NCBI GenBank assembly: GCA_963795835.1
Contig: CAWCJC010000010.1
Span: forward strand, 10,025 to 74,024
Length of the DNA: 64,000 nucleotides
From: Bryobacterales bacterium
GTDB taxonomy: Bacteria; Acidobacteriota; Terriglobia; Bryobacterales; Bryobacteraceae
Direction: 5' to 3'
The position numbers and the translations under genes were made by a program. The first letter of the stretch is position 1; every line of letters begins with the position of its first letter. Shown here one piece after another: positions 29,216 to 41,905 of this stretch. The notes beneath the pieces were generated by a model. It was not told where the DNA came from. It ran no database searches and saw only the letters and a program-made list of their open reading frames with translations.

Positions 29216-29696
29216 ACCGAACCCGCTGTCTGCCCAAGAAGGCGCGATTAGTCCGACCGTAGCGTTCGAACGAGCAGACATTAACGCTCCCCGGGTTGCT
29301 TTGCTCGGCGCCGGAGTCCTGATCATCGCGCTTGCCGCGGTGTTAGTCGTCGCGCCTCCGTTTTTTGGCTTGAAGGAACATCGCGCTGAGGTGAGCCCGC
29401 AACGGTCGCCCAACGCACCCGCCGGGCTTCGCCTGGCTCCGCAACCGCGGTTGCAAGCAATGCCGAAGGCCGATCTGGAGGGATACATGGCCGGCTATGA
29501 ACGCACGCTGAAAACATATTCCTGGATCGACCGGAGCAAAGGCATCGCCGCCATTCCGATCGACCGCGCGATGCGTATTGCTTCTCAGCGCGGTATTCCG
29601 CGCGCTCCACTGGACCCTTCGATCCAGTTATCGCAACCGCGTCAGGGTACCCGGGTTACCGGCCTGGAAGGGAAAGTGGTCGAGCCGCCTCAATAA
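29205..29696 (+). CDS. Hypothetical single-pass membrane protein between actF and ctaC
   Basis: 163 aa with one TM helice (VALLGAGVLIIALAAVLVVAPPFF). Start overlaps the actF end by 11 nt and the stop lies 11 nt before ctaC. No recognisable family. Confidence 0.55.
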   Translation: MAVEPNPLSAQEGAISPTVAFERADINAPRVALLGAGVLIIALAAVLVVAPPFFGLKEHRAEVSPQRSPNAPAGLRLAPQPRLQAMPKADLEGYMAGYERTLKTYSWIDRSKGIAAIPIDRAMRIASQRGIPRAPLDPSIQLSQPRQGTRVTGLEGKVVEPPQ

Positions 29697-29707
29697 CGGA
29701 CTGCATC

Positions 29708-30757
29708 ATGTTCTCTCAATTCCCTATTCTTCCGCAGCAGGCCTCCAACATCGCAGGAGAAGTGGACCATCTGTTCCTGTTCCTGTTTATCGTGACAAGC
29801 TTTTTCGCACTGCTGGTTGCGGGGCTTGTGATCGTCTTCGGTATCCGTTACCGCCACTCGGCCAAGAATCCGGTCGCCTCCAGCCAACGTGAGTACGATA
29901 TCCCACTGGAAATTTTCTGGACTTTGATTCCAACCGGTCTTGCTCTTGTCATGTTTGTCTGGGGAGCGAAGGTCTACCTGGACCAGGCACGTCCGCCGGA
30001 CGACGCGCTGCAGGTCTATATCACGGGCAAGCAATGGATGTGGAAAGCGCAGCACTTGGGCGGGCAGCGCGAGATCAACGAACTGCACATCCCGGTCGGC
30101 GTTCCGGTGCGCTTGACCATGACCTCGCAGGACGTGATTCACAGCTTTTTCGTACCCGCGTTTCGCACTAAGCAGGATGTCTTGCCTGGCCGGTACACCA
30201 CCGAGTGGTTCACTGCTACCAAGGCCGGCAAATACCATTTGTTTTGCGCTGAATTTTGCGGAGCAAAGCATTCCGGCATGATCGGCTACATATACGCTAT
30301 GCCGAGGCGCGAGTATGAAGCCTGGCTTACGCAAGGCGCGCCTGAAGGTTCGCTCGCCTCCTACGGAGAGAAGCTATTTCACCAATACGGCTGCGCCAAT
30401 TGCCATCACTTCGATCAACAGGGCCGCGCTCCGGAACTGCGCAATCTGTATGGCCGGGCCGTTGAGATTCAAGGTGGCGAAACGGTTCGCGCTGACGATG
30501 CGTACTTGCGGGAATCGATCGTCAATCCCGGTGCAAAGATCGTATACGGCTTCCAGAACATCATGCCGAACTTCGCCACTCTGCTGAGCGAAGAACAACT
30601 GGTCCAACTGATTGAATACATCAAAGCAATAGGACCGGCTACAGGAACGGAGGAACCGTCCTCTTCCGGGTCTCTGCCGAAAGGCCTTGGAACCGACAAA
30701 GCAATCGGCGCGCCAGGCGCTACAAGCATAGCCACTTCCCCGGTGGGAAACCGATAG
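29708..30757 (+). CDS. ctaC: Cytochrome c oxidase subunit II with C-terminal cytochrome c domain (caa3 type)
   Basis: Two TM helices, CuA site (HSFFVPAF...[13 protein letters not shown]), C-terminal CANCH haem c motif. Confidence 0.9.
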   Translation: MFSQFPILPQQASNIAGEVDHLFLFLFIVTSFFALLVAGLVIVFGIRYRHSAKNPVASSQREYDIPLEIFWTLIPTGLALVMFVWGAKVYLDQARPPDDALQVYITGKQWMWKAQHLGGQREINELHIPVGVPVRLTMTSQDVIHSFFVPAFRTKQDVLPGRYTTEWFTATKAGKYHLFCAEFCGAKHSGMIGYIYAMPRREYEAWLTQGAPEGSLASYGEKLFHQYGCANCHHFDQQGRAPELRNLYGRAVEIQGGETVRADDAYLRESIVNPGAKIVYGFQNIMPNFATLLSEEQLVQLIEYIKAIGPATGTEEPSSSGSLPKGLGTDKAIGAPGATSIATSPVGNR

Positions 30758-30768
30758 GAGCGCTTTCA

Positions 30769-32407
<1,639 letters not shown>

Positions 32408-32415
<8 letters not shown>

Positions 32416-33052
32416 ATCCGTCGCGTTGCGCGAGCAGTACTCCACCGAACGCCAGCAGCGCGAGACGGCTGAGGTCGGCATGTGGTTGTTCCTCGGCACG
32501 GAAGTCCTGTTCTTCGGGGGCCTGTTTCTAACCTACACGGTCTACCGGATGTACTACCCGGCGGCGTTCACGGCGGGTGCCCGGCATATGGAAATGACCA
32601 TCGGCGCCGTGAATACCGCCATACTGCTCACCAGTAGTTTCATGATGGCGCTAGCTGTGCATAGCGCCAGATTAGGACGCCTCCGCAGTCTGGCTGGTTT
32701 TCTCGGCGCAACCATGTTTTTCGGTGCCGTCTTCCTGGGATTGAAGTTCACCGAATACTATCTTCACTGGAAAGAACATAAAGTTCCGGGCCCTCAATTT
32801 CGGACGGATTTCCCCATTCCCGGACACGAACAAATCTACTGGTTTTTGTACTTCGTAATGACGGGATTGCATGCGGTCCATATGCTAGTCGGCATGTGTC
32901 TGTTGCTCTGGCTTGTCATCCAAACTGCCCGCGTGCAATTCAGCGCTCGTTGGCATACGCCGGTGGAAATCGTCGGCCTCTATTGGCATTTTGTAGATGT
33001 CATCTGGCTATTTTTGTTTGCCTTGCTTTATCTGATCGGATTGCACAAATGA
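32408..33052 (+). CDS. ctaE: Cytochrome c oxidase subunit III
   Basis: Polytopic protein with typical [17 protein letters not shown] and [12 protein letters not shown] blocks. TTG start overlaps the ctaD end. Confidence 0.85.
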
Positions 33053-33378
33053 CTCCTCAAGAAACTGATGTGGAAGAACCGGCGGCCAAGATCACCTCGC
33101 CCTTCACCCTTCTTGGCGTGTATGGGGCGTTATTGCTCCTGACGCTCGCCACTACTCTCCTCGCGTTTCTCGATCTTGGAGTTTGGAGCATGGTGCTTGC
33201 TCTGACGATTGCGGCCATGAAGGCTGTGCTGGTAATCCTCTTCTTCATGGACGCGCTCCATAACCACCGGCTGAGCCCGGCGCTGTTCTGCTTCGGCTTT
33301 CTTTGGCTGCTAATCCTGATCACGCTCACGCTCAGCGATTACGTAACACGAGGCTGGATCCCCTTTCCGGGTCGCTGA
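33049..33378 (+). CDS. ctaF: Cytochrome c oxidase subunit IV (prokaryotic COX4 family)
   Basis: ATGA overlap with ctaE. Three TM helices with the AAMKAVLVILFFMD motif. The ORF-track start at 32896 is an out-of-context extension. Confidence 0.7.
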   Translation: MTPQETDVEEPAAKITSPFTLLGVYGALLLLTLATTLLAFLDLGVWSMVLALTIAAMKAVLVILFFMDALHNHRLSPALFCFGFLWLLILITLTLSDYVTRGWIPFPGR

Positions 33379-33471
33379 ACGGAAATCCGAGGTGACTAGA
33401 ATGTTAACGGTCTTAGCGGCGCCATATGCCTACAATCGCGCACGGTTGCTTCACTTCACGCTGCTTCTCAC

Positions 33472-34443
33472 ATGGCTCGATTACCGCAAGCAGGTGCCGC
33501 AATGAATATGCCCTTGTTGTGGGCATCTATGCAGTTCCATAGCCTGTTATCACCCGCGTTTCTGCTTCAGCAGTCAAACGTAGCTGCGCTTTGGGGTGCT
33601 ATTCAAGAGTTTGCGGCAGCTTTCATCCGCCAGATTCCCTATATGGTCTTAGGGATAGTAATCTTTCTGGCCTTTTTGGTAGCAGCCAAAGTCATCAGCC
33701 GGATCTTTCTCGAGGCGGGCGCCCGCACAAGATTTCCGCTCAACGTCGCAACAATTCTCGGCAGACTCATTTCAATCGTCATCACGATTCTAGGTTTCTT
33801 CGTAGCCGCCGTCGTTGTTTTCCCTGCATTTAAGCCCGGTGATCTCATCACGGGGCTTGGAATTACTTCAGTAGCGATAGGTTTTGCGTTTAAGGACATT
33901 CTGCAGAATTTCTTTGCGGGTATCCTGCTTCTTTGGCGGCAGCCTTTTGTCGTTGGGGACCAGATCCGCTCCCTCAACTACGAAGGTACGGTAGAGGAAA
34001 TTAACATGCGGTCCACACGGATTACGACATATGACGGTGTGCGGGTGATTTTGCCGAATGGCGATGTCTACGTCAATCCTATCGAGGTGTTTACTGCCTA
34101 TCCGCATCGCCGAGTCAAGTTCTCGGTGGGCATTGGTTACCCCGATTCGCTTGAAAAGGCCCGAGGCGTTATTCACGGTGTCTTGGAAAAAACGGAAGGG
34201 GTGCTCTCCGATCCCGCTCCATCGGTTTATCTTTCGGAACTGGCGGGATCGAGCGTGAATTTTACTGTTTACTTCTGGGTGAAAGGCCGACAGGTAAACG
34301 CTCTGGCGGTGAGCGATCGCGTCGCGACCGGAATCAAACTCGCTCTGGATGAGGCGAACATTGATATGCCGTTTCCCCATACGGTGGTCCTCTTTCACAA
34401 CCAGACTGGCTCCCGAAAAGGCGATCTGGATTCAGTCGTTTGA
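33472..34443 (+). CDS. Mechanosensitive ion channel (MscS family) protein
   Basis: TM region plus MscS beta-domain (FVVGDQIRSLNYEGTVEEINMRSTRITTYDGVRVILPNGDVY). The exact start is uncertain. Confidence 0.8.
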   Translation: MARLPQAGAAMNMPLLWASMQFHSLLSPAFLLQQSNVAALWGAIQEFAAAFIRQIPYMVLGIVIFLAFLVAAKVISRIFLEAGARTRFPLNVATILGRLISIVITILGFFVAAVVVFPAFKPGDLITGLGITSVAIGFAFKDILQNFFAGILLLWRQPFVVGDQIRSLNYEGTVEEINMRSTRITTYDGVRVILPNGDVYVNPIEVFTAYPHRRVKFSVGIGYPDSLEKARGVIHGVLEKTEGVLSDPAPSVYLSELAGSSVNFTVYFWVKGRQVNALAVSDRVATGIKLALDEANIDMPFPHTVVLFHNQTGSRKGDLDSVV

Positions 34444-35687
34444 TGCGCACTCAGCTTCTTTTTCTTGGGTCTACGCTGCGAAGCGCATATTGGTTTATTC
34501 CTACCCTGATGGCTTGCGGAGCAGTTGCGCTCGCTATTGGATCTGTGAAGCTGGACGAGTTTGTTCACGGAGCTGTGGAGGCAAAGCTCGGATGGATTTA
34601 CGCGGGGGGACCTGCCGGGGCTAGAGCTGTACTCGCGACAATCGCTGGATCGATCATCACCGTAGCGGGTACGACCTTTTCCATTACGATCGCCGCATTT
34701 TCCTTGGCGTCTTCACAATTTGGACCGCGTTTACTGAGAACTTTCCGGCGCGACACGGGAAATCAGATTGTCCTTGGAACATTCATCTCCACTTTTGTTT
34801 ATTCACTTCTCGTGCTGCGGACCATACGTGGAACTGAGTCCGATACCTACGTCCCACACCTTTCCGTGACGCTCGGCGTGACCCTGGCGTGTCTCAGCCT
34901 GGCGGTTCTGATTTATTTCATTCACCATACGGCCGCGTCAATTCAAGTGTCGAATCTCATCGACTCCGTCGGGACAGAATTGGAAAAGATCATCGTCAAA
35001 CATTTTCCCCAGCGAGGAAGTTGTGCTGCTCCCAAATCGGACATTTCCTGGTCCCCTCAGGAAAACAGCGTGCCTATACTGGCGCGCAAAGGAGGTTATC
35101 TTCTCCACATCGACTATCAGGCCCTGGTCGAGATTGCGGTCAGCCACAACATCGTTTTCCGCTTATTCGGCCACGCTGGCGACTTCACCGTTGCCGGGAC
35201 ACCTTTGGTTGCGATCGAAGGAGATTCGCAACATATCGTGGACTGGCGTGAAATCGAATCGCATATATACTTCGGAACGGAACGGACTCCCGAACAGGAC
35301 CTGGAGTTTGGGTTCCTTCAGTTGGCGGAAATCGCAGTGCGCGCTCTTTCGCCAGGTATCAACGATCCATTCACGGCGATCAGTTGCATCGATCGCATCT
35401 CTGCCGGGTTTTGTCTCTTTGTTCAGAGGGAGATTCCGTCCGCCTTTCATTACGATGCTACGGGCGCGCTGCGCCTAATTGCTGTGCCGGTGACCTACAG
35501 GCAACTCGTCCAGGCAGCATTCCATCACATCGGACATGCTGGAAAGCAGAACCCTTGGGTACTGCAACACCTTCGCGGGAAGATCATGCTCGTACTCTCA
35601 ATGACGGTGAATGAGGGGTGCCGGGAAGCGCTTATGGAAGAGCTAATACTCATTCAGCAGGCTGAACGCGCACTCGAATCCACCTGA
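34443..35687 (+). CDS. DUF2254 family membrane protein
   Basis: N-terminal TM bundle with the family-typical FSITIAAFSLASSQFGPRLLRTFRRDTGNQ block plus a C-terminal soluble part. The start overlaps the MscS stop (TGATG). Confidence 0.6.
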   Translation: MRTQLLFLGSTLRSAYWFIPTLMACGAVALAIGSVKLDEFVHGAVEAKLGWIYAGGPAGARAVLATIAGSIITVAGTTFSITIAAFSLASSQFGPRLLRTFRRDTGNQIVLGTFISTFVYSLLVLRTIRGTESDTYVPHLSVTLGVTLACLSLAVLIYFIHHTAASIQVSNLIDSVGTELEKIIVKHFPQRGSCAAPKSDISWSPQENSVPILARKGGYLLHIDYQALVEIAVSHNIVFRLFGHAGDFTVAGTPLVAIEGDSQHIVDWREIESHIYFGTERTPEQDLEFGFLQLAEIAVRALSPGINDPFTAISCIDRISAGFCLFVQREIPSAFHYDATGALRLIAVPVTYRQLVQAAFHHIGHAGKQNPWVLQHLRGKIMLVLSMTVNEGCREALMEELILIQQAERALEST

Positions 35688-35819
35688 AGAGCCCCGGCAT
35701 GATCTTCTCCTGCCCAGGGATCCTCTGTCCTATGATCATAGCAAGCGGGCCAGGACGCCCTTAACCGCCGCAACCAGAAACATTCCGTAGATGATGGCAT
35801 GTACCATTGCAAGTAAACT

Positions 35820-37103
35820 TCACGGCCGTAACGGCAGGGTGTCCAGAAGAACCAGGTTACGCAGTACCGCACGCCACGCTGCGGGATCTTCTTTCGTCGT
35901 GATAGGCGCTGCGGGGTTGCGGTAGTAATCCTCGAGATCGCGCTTTAACCCTGCGGACACCGGCGCGTGACCCGCGACGACCCTGGCCAGGAGCTTTGCG
36001 TAAGTCTGATCGGTTAGTTTGTAGCGTCCAGGTAAAACGGGTTTGCCGGTATCCAGATCCAAGTTCGGAAGCGGAACGCCGGCTCCCTGCTGATGCGTGA
36101 GTTGCCTCAGCAAGCTGCGATATTCGCTCAGCGCAACGTTCAGGCTCTTCACATAAAGGTCGTCGGTATCAGTCAGAGGATTTTTGGTGCCAAAAATTTT
36201 GAAAAAGCCGACTTTGGGAATGATGCGAATCACGATCGCTAGAACGTGCGCGCGAAAACCGGGCGGGGTGTACTGGTATGGCTGTCGGCGGTAATTCGCA
36301 CGCCCAATGTCCTCAAGCAAGGCGGTGTGCGCAGAGTCCGCGCTCTCTGGCGCCAGATCATCCCGAAAGTTGACCAGAGTAGCTTGGGCGAACAGGGGCA
36401 GCAGTGAGCGCACCGATTCGCGATAACTTAGCAGCGCGGAGCGCTCCGGTCCCAGAATGCTTCCCACCGTCAGCCCATAAGTCTGTTCAAAAGCGCGATC
36501 GAGCAACGGACGGGCGACCAGAAAGCCGATGTGACGATGGTACGATCTGGGCGCGAAGCGGCGGCGCGTGATTTCGGCAACATCGAACCCAAATTCGGTT
36601 CGCACGTGAGCGGCAGGGTCTTCTTCATAGGTGACGACGGGTCCGTACTTGCGCGCCAGCTCGGGAAAGGTGATGGCGGTGGAAGGGTTCACGCCCAGGG
36701 AGTGCCCGACCGCATCGCCCACGTAGTGGGAAAGCGCGCCGGCGGCAAACGCCAGCTCGTTTGCATCGCGCGCTTCGCGCAGCAGCGCCTGGACGAAATC
36801 GCCGCTGCGAACATAATGCGGCAGGTCGCTGAAGAGATGCTTACTGAAGGGATAGTAGCCGAGATCTTGAATCACACAGCCGCCGTAGGCATAGGCTTGT
36901 GCAGTTTCAAGATCTCTTTTGGTCAGACCCGGGAAGCGCTGTAGGAGCAGTGGCCTGATAGACTCGTCCCACGCCAGGTCAATGATGGCCTGGTGAGTCA
37001 ACACCGCATACGACTTAGCGTCGCGGGTAAAGCTCAGCAGACCCGCGCCCACCAGAAAAGCGAGCAGATAAGAACGGGGGCGTGGGGACGTGGGGCGTTT
37101 CAT
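35820..37103 (-). CDS. Zinc-dependent phospholipase C-like family protein
   Basis: Signal peptide, N-terminal YAVLTHQAIIDLAW and HYVGDAVGH histidine motifs as in the Zn-PLC superfamily. The assignment is tentative. Confidence 0.45.
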   Translation of the reverse strand: MKRPTSPRPRSYLLAFLVGAGLLSFTRDAKSYAVLTHQAIIDLAWDESIRPLLLQRFPGLTKRDLETAQAYAYGGCVIQDLGYYPFSKHLFSDLPHYVRSGDFVQALLREARDANELAFAAGALSHYVGDAVGHSLGVNPSTAITFPELARKYGPVVTYEEDPAAHVRTEFGFDVAEITRRRFAPRSYHRHIGFLVARPLLDRAFEQTYGLTVGSILGPERSALLSYRESVRSLLPLFAQATLVNFRDDLAPESADSAHTALLEDIGRANYRRQPYQYTPPGFRAHVLAIVIRIIPKVGFFKIFGTKNPLTDTDDLYVKSLNVALSEYRSLLRQLTHQQGAGVPLPNLDLDTGKPVLPGRYKLTDQTYAKLLARVVAGHAPVSAGLKRDLEDYYRNPAAPITTKEDPAAWRAVLRNLVLLDTLPLRP

Positions 37104-37145
37104 GTTGCGGTCTTTAGGTGGGTCCTTGTTTGACTCTCGTAGGGC

Positions 37146-38291
37146 TCAGGGCACCGCGTAGAAGAAGGCAAGCCCGAACAGCACGTAGACCGCCACCAGC
37201 AGCGTGCCTTCAAACCAAGTGGTTTCCCCGTCTGCTGCAATCGAATTCACGGTGAACACCATGCCGACGATGGCTACCAGTTCGAGCGGGTTGGAGAAGA
37301 TCAGGTTCATCGGATGCCCGATCAGTCGCGAGATGAGCACCAGCGCGGGTGCCAACAGCAACGCGACCTGAACACTCGAACCCAGGCAAAGACTCATCAC
37401 CATGTCCATCCGGTCCTGCCTGGCGAAATAGATAGCGGCGAGGATATCGGGCGCGTTGCCGATCGCCGCCAAAACGATGACGCCCAGGAACAGGGAACTC
37501 AGCGAAAAGAGGTCCGCGGTTGCGCGTAGGCTAGAGGAAATGAGGTCTGCCTCGACCGCGACCACGAGGGTGCCGCCGACAAGCACCCCGAGGGACTTCC
37601 AAAGCGGCCAGGAAGCCTGCTCCTGCGACTTTCGCCCTTCGAAAGTATCGTGCCGCGTAAGCAAGGTGTACACCAGGTTGGCCGCGTACACCAGGATCAG
37701 CACCACGGAGACGCTGACGCTTAACTTGTCATTTAAAACGCCTATGCCCGCTGTCGTGTGCCGGCGTTCGGTGAAATCGAAAAGGGCAGGCAACAACAGC
37801 GCGATGACGGAGAGCATCAACAGGCTGCCGAGTGAACCCGCCTGTTCCCGTGAGAATTTCTGCTTTCCACGCTTGATACCGCCCGCCACGGCGGCAATTC
37901 CCAATCCGAGCAAATTGGTGCCGATCAGCGATCCCGTAATCTGCGCCTTCACCACCGCCACTTCTCCCTGACGCAGAACAAACAGAGCCAGCACCAGCTC
38001 CGCCACGCTTCCGAACGTGACGTTCACCAAACCGCCGATCGCCGGTCCGGTACGATTCGCCAGGTGATCGGTGCCTCTGCGCATCCAATCGGCCACTGAA
38101 ACTACCGCGAGCGCCGAGCTGGCAAACACCCATACCGCGGAGGCGTGAACACCATACGCGAGCAGTAGCGAAATAGGCACGAACAGCAGAAGCAGTGAGA
38201 GAAGCATCAGCAATAGGCAAAGCTCGGAAACCGCGGCGGGGGCAGAATGGCGGTAAGCTCTACCCGAGTTTAGTTGTACCACTCTGGGCAA
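37146..38291 (-). CDS. Calcium/proton exchanger (CAX family)
   Basis: Two alpha-repeat motifs (TFGSVAELVLALF and AIGNAPDILAAIYFA) in an approximately 11-TM protein. The true start may be an internal Met. Confidence 0.8.
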   Translation of the reverse strand: MPRVVQLNSGRAYRHSAPAAVSELCLLLMLLSLLLLFVPISLLLAYGVHASAVWVFASSALAVVSVADWMRRGTDHLANRTGPAIGGLVNVTFGSVAELVLALFVLRQGEVAVVKAQITGSLIGTNLLGLGIAAVAGGIKRGKQKFSREQAGSLGSLLMLSVIALLLPALFDFTERRHTTAGIGVLNDKLSVSVSVVLILVYAANLVYTLLTRHDTFEGRKSQEQASWPLWKSLGVLVGGTLVVAVEADLISSSLRATADLFSLSSLFLGVIVLAAIGNAPDILAAIYFARQDRMDMVMSLCLGSSVQVALLLAPALVLISRLIGHPMNLIFSNPLELVAIVGMVFTVNSIAADGETTWFEGTLLVAVYVLFGLAFFYAVP

Positions 38292-38460
38292 GTACTACAA
38301 GGGTAAGGATGAGGGGCAGGAGATTGCGATTTCCATGTGGTTTAACGGCCTCAAGCTGGTCATGATGGAACTTGTCCCTTAGCCCCTAGATTTAAAAAAA
38401 ACGGGCTAAATCTCAGTTTTTTCAATCTTCTTTAACGCTCGAAGAAGCAAAATGGGATAG

Positions 38461-41400
38461 ATGAAAGTCTTCCAGGTTATTGTTCTTCTTTTTGCCCTCG
38501 CTCTTGGTTGCGCCCATGCCCAGAGTCCTACGGGAACGGTCGCGGGTTCCGTTTCCGATTCCACCGGTGCACGGCTACCCGGCGCGGCTATTGAACTGAG
38601 GAATTTGGGTAATGGTGAGGTGCGCCCGACAACCAGCGGCAGTTCCGGCGAGTTTGTCTTTACCGCCGTGCCGGCCGGTCAATATGCGATCACCGCCCAG
38701 GCCAGCGGATTCAAACGTGAACAGAAAACCAATCTGTTGCTGGAAGTCAACCAGAATGCACGAGTGGATTTCTCTCTGCAGGTGGGGCAAATCACCGATT
38801 CAGTTGAAGTAAGCGCGGACACAACTCAGGTGGATACGCGCGATGTGCAATTGGGCGGCACCGTGGACAGCAGGCGGATTCGCGAACTGCCTTTAAACGG
38901 GCGCAACGTTTACGACCTGATGGTGCTGATGCCGGGTGTGACCAACGTGAATACTTCCCTGACCGGCACGAACGACGCAAACAACATGAACGTCAACGGC
39001 GCCCGCGTTCGCGACAACAACTTTTATCTGGACGGGGCTTTCAACAACGCGCTTTTTCGAAATGGCGGGAACCAGGCGCCCAACCCGGATGCGGTGGAAG
39101 AATACCATCTGATTACGTCGAACTTCGATGCCGAATACGGCCGACTGCCAGGGTCTGTCACCAATGTAATTACCCGCTCCGGCACGAATGCTTTTCATGG
39201 GAGCGCCTTCGAGTTTTTACGAAACGATACGTTCAACGCACGAAACTTTTTCCAAGCCAACGTGAGTGCGCTGAAGCGAAACCAGTTCGGATTTGCCTTG
39301 GGCGGGCCCGTGCGGCGCAACCGCACGTTCTTCTTCGCCTCTTACCAGGGGCTGCGACTGCGTACCGACAGCTTTATCAACGGCGGACTGGTGCCGACGG
39401 CGCAGCAGCGCGCCGGTGACTTTTCTGCTCTGCCAGCCGCGAAGTGGCCCATCGACCCGCAGACGGGGAAGGCTTTTCCGAACGGGATCATTCCAGCTGC
39501 CCGGCTTGATCCGGTGGCGCAGAAAATTCTGAGCACGCTGGTGCCGCTGCCGAACAACGCAAATGGAACTCTGAGCGCGACGGCGGGAGCACCGGTGAAC
39601 GACGATCAGGGCGTCGCAAAGGTGGACCATCAACTGACCTCTGCGAATAGGCTTTCGGTAACGCTGTTTCTGGACCGCAGCACGAGTTCATTGCCGTTCG
39701 CAAGTGCGTCGCAAGTGCCGGGCTGGGCCGCTTCCACCGCCCAGTACAAACAGAACAACGTAGTGGTGAGCGATCAATGGATTCTCTCGCCCACCACTCT
39801 TAGCCAGACGCGTTTCAATTACACGTTGAACGAGTACGGGAACCAAGCTTCGTCCGCGGTCACATGGGCCGATCTGGGCAGCAAGGTGGTGCAGGGCGCG
39901 CTGCCCGCGCGCACTCCACAGATATTCGTGAACGGCTACTGGCAAGCCGGGACGTTCGGCGACAACACACAGCCGCAGCGAAATTTCGGGTTGTCGGAAA
40001 TGCTCTCCCTTGTGCGCGGGCCGCATACCTTAAAGTTTGGCGGCTCCTTGCTGTGGAACCACTTTCAGGAGACCGGCAATTGGCTGGGCGCGGGGCAGGT
40101 TCGTTTTAGCGGCGCCGCCACGAAGAATGCCCAAGCGGATTTCCTGTTGGGCATGGCCAATTCTTTTCGGCAGAACAGCGGACTGAATCGCGATTTTAAA
40201 GAGACTAACACCTCGCTTTTCGTGCAGGACGATTGGAAGATTTTACGGCGCTTGACCCTGAATCTGGGGCTTCGGTGGGAGTTGAACCCGCCCTATGTGA
40301 GCGCAGGAGGACAACTGGGCACCTTCCGCGCGGGAGTGCAGTCCACTCGCATCCCCTCCGCGCCCCTCGGCCTTGCAATTCCCCGGCGACAAAGGCATCC
40401 CTGACGGCGTGGCTCCCACTATTTACACCAACTTCGCGCCACGTCTGGGCGCCGCCTGGGACGTATTCGGGAACGGCAGGACGGCAGTTCGGGCCGGTTA
40501 CGGATTCTTCTATGCCGTTGGGATGGTGAACCTTACTTCAAACTTACAGAACCAGCCGTTCATCGCGGATATCACGCTGAACAGCACGCCGAACCTGGTG
40601 GACCCGTGGGCGGGACATAGCCCGTACCCTTATACGTTCAACTCCGCCAGCCCAGTGTTCGTACTTCCCTTGAGCGCCAATTACCTTGGCGAGAATTCCG
40701 GTTCGCCCTACGTGCAGCAGTACAACTTTGCGGTGCAGCAGCAATTGGGAAGCGTGATGAACGTGCAGGCGGCTTACGTCGGTAATGTTTCGCGTAAGTT
40801 GTATTTGCAGCGGGATGCCAATGCTCCGGTTTACCTACCCGGCGCTTCCACTACGGCTAATGTCAACAGCCGGCGACCGTATCTGCCGGGCACATTCGGG
40901 CCGATCTATGAGACGGAGACCGCCGCCAACGCCAGCTACAATTCATTCCAGTTGACGTTTACGCGGCGGTTCGCGCACGGCCTTTCGCTGCTGGCGAACT
41001 ATACGTTTTCAAAGTCGATCGATACGTTGTCCGACGATCCGACAGGCGTTTCGAATGTATCCTTCGTGAACTCGAATAATTTTGCCTTGGACAGGGCAGT
41101 TTCGAGTTTCAACACGCCGCACGTTTTTTCGCTTTCGTGGGTTTACGAAGTTCCGCGGGTGCGGCGCGGCGGATGGCTTGCCCGGCAGGTTACCGGAGGA
41201 TGGCAACTGAATGCGATTCTTACGGCGCGGAGCGGGCAGCCCGTGAATATTACGTCCGGGACGGATACGAATCTCGATGGCAATACTAACGACCGTCCGG
41301 ACGCGGTTGGGAATCCGAAGCTGGGCGGCGACAGGAGCCGCGCTCAGGCGATTGCTCAGTTCTTCAACACAGCGGCGTTCGTTCCCACGGCGTCGCTGTA

Positions 41401-41641
41401 CGGAAGCGCGGGGCGCAATATCTTGTACGGGCCGGGCTCTGTGAATTGGGATGCCGCGGCTTTCAAACAGTTCCGTATTCATGAAAGTCATCAGGTGCAA
41501 TTGCGCGGGGAGTTTTTCAATGCACTAAACCAGGTGAATTTTGGTAACCCGAACGGCACCTTGAGCAGCCCGAACTTCGGCAAGATTACAAGCGCCGGAG
41601 CACCGCGGATCCTGCAGTTCAGCGCGAAATATTTGTTCTAA
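38461..41641 (+). pseudogene. TonB-dependent receptor with carboxypeptidase-regulatory-like domain (receptor 2), one surplus base near 40372-40375 as sequenced
   Basis: Signal peptide and CarboxypepD_reg region (VAGSVSDSTGARLPGAAIELRNL...GQYAITAQASGF). ORFs 38461-40404 and 40373-41641 join as ...SAPLGL|[11 protein letters not shown]... Terminus is [12 protein letters not shown]. Span minus 1 nt equals 1060 codons. Confidence 0.8.
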
Positions 41642-41675
41642 AGGGGTGCTCTGTTAAGGGAGCACTCGTGTTCAA

Positions 41676-41819
41676 TCAGAAAACCAGTTTGAGCGCGAAC
41701 TGGATGCGGCGGGTCTCTCCGGCGGTGGCCTTCCGGTATTTGTGGGCCAATTCGCCGCGGTGCAATTTATGCAACAAGGAAGGCCTCCCGGCGTCGCCGT
41801 TCCGCAGCGACGACTTGTC
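41676..41819 (-). pseudogene. Relic of the C-terminus of another TonB-dependent receptor
   Basis: A 47-codon frame ends ...[17 protein letters not shown], the same terminal beta-strand signature as the three full receptors here. No upstream body is present. Confidence 0.4.
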
Positions 41820-41905
41820 ACATCAAGCCAGTTTTCGCCTTGCTCATAACGCTCCGGGCACTCTCAGCTTCGGCGGCGGAACCGATAGCCCAAGAACATT
41901 TCACG

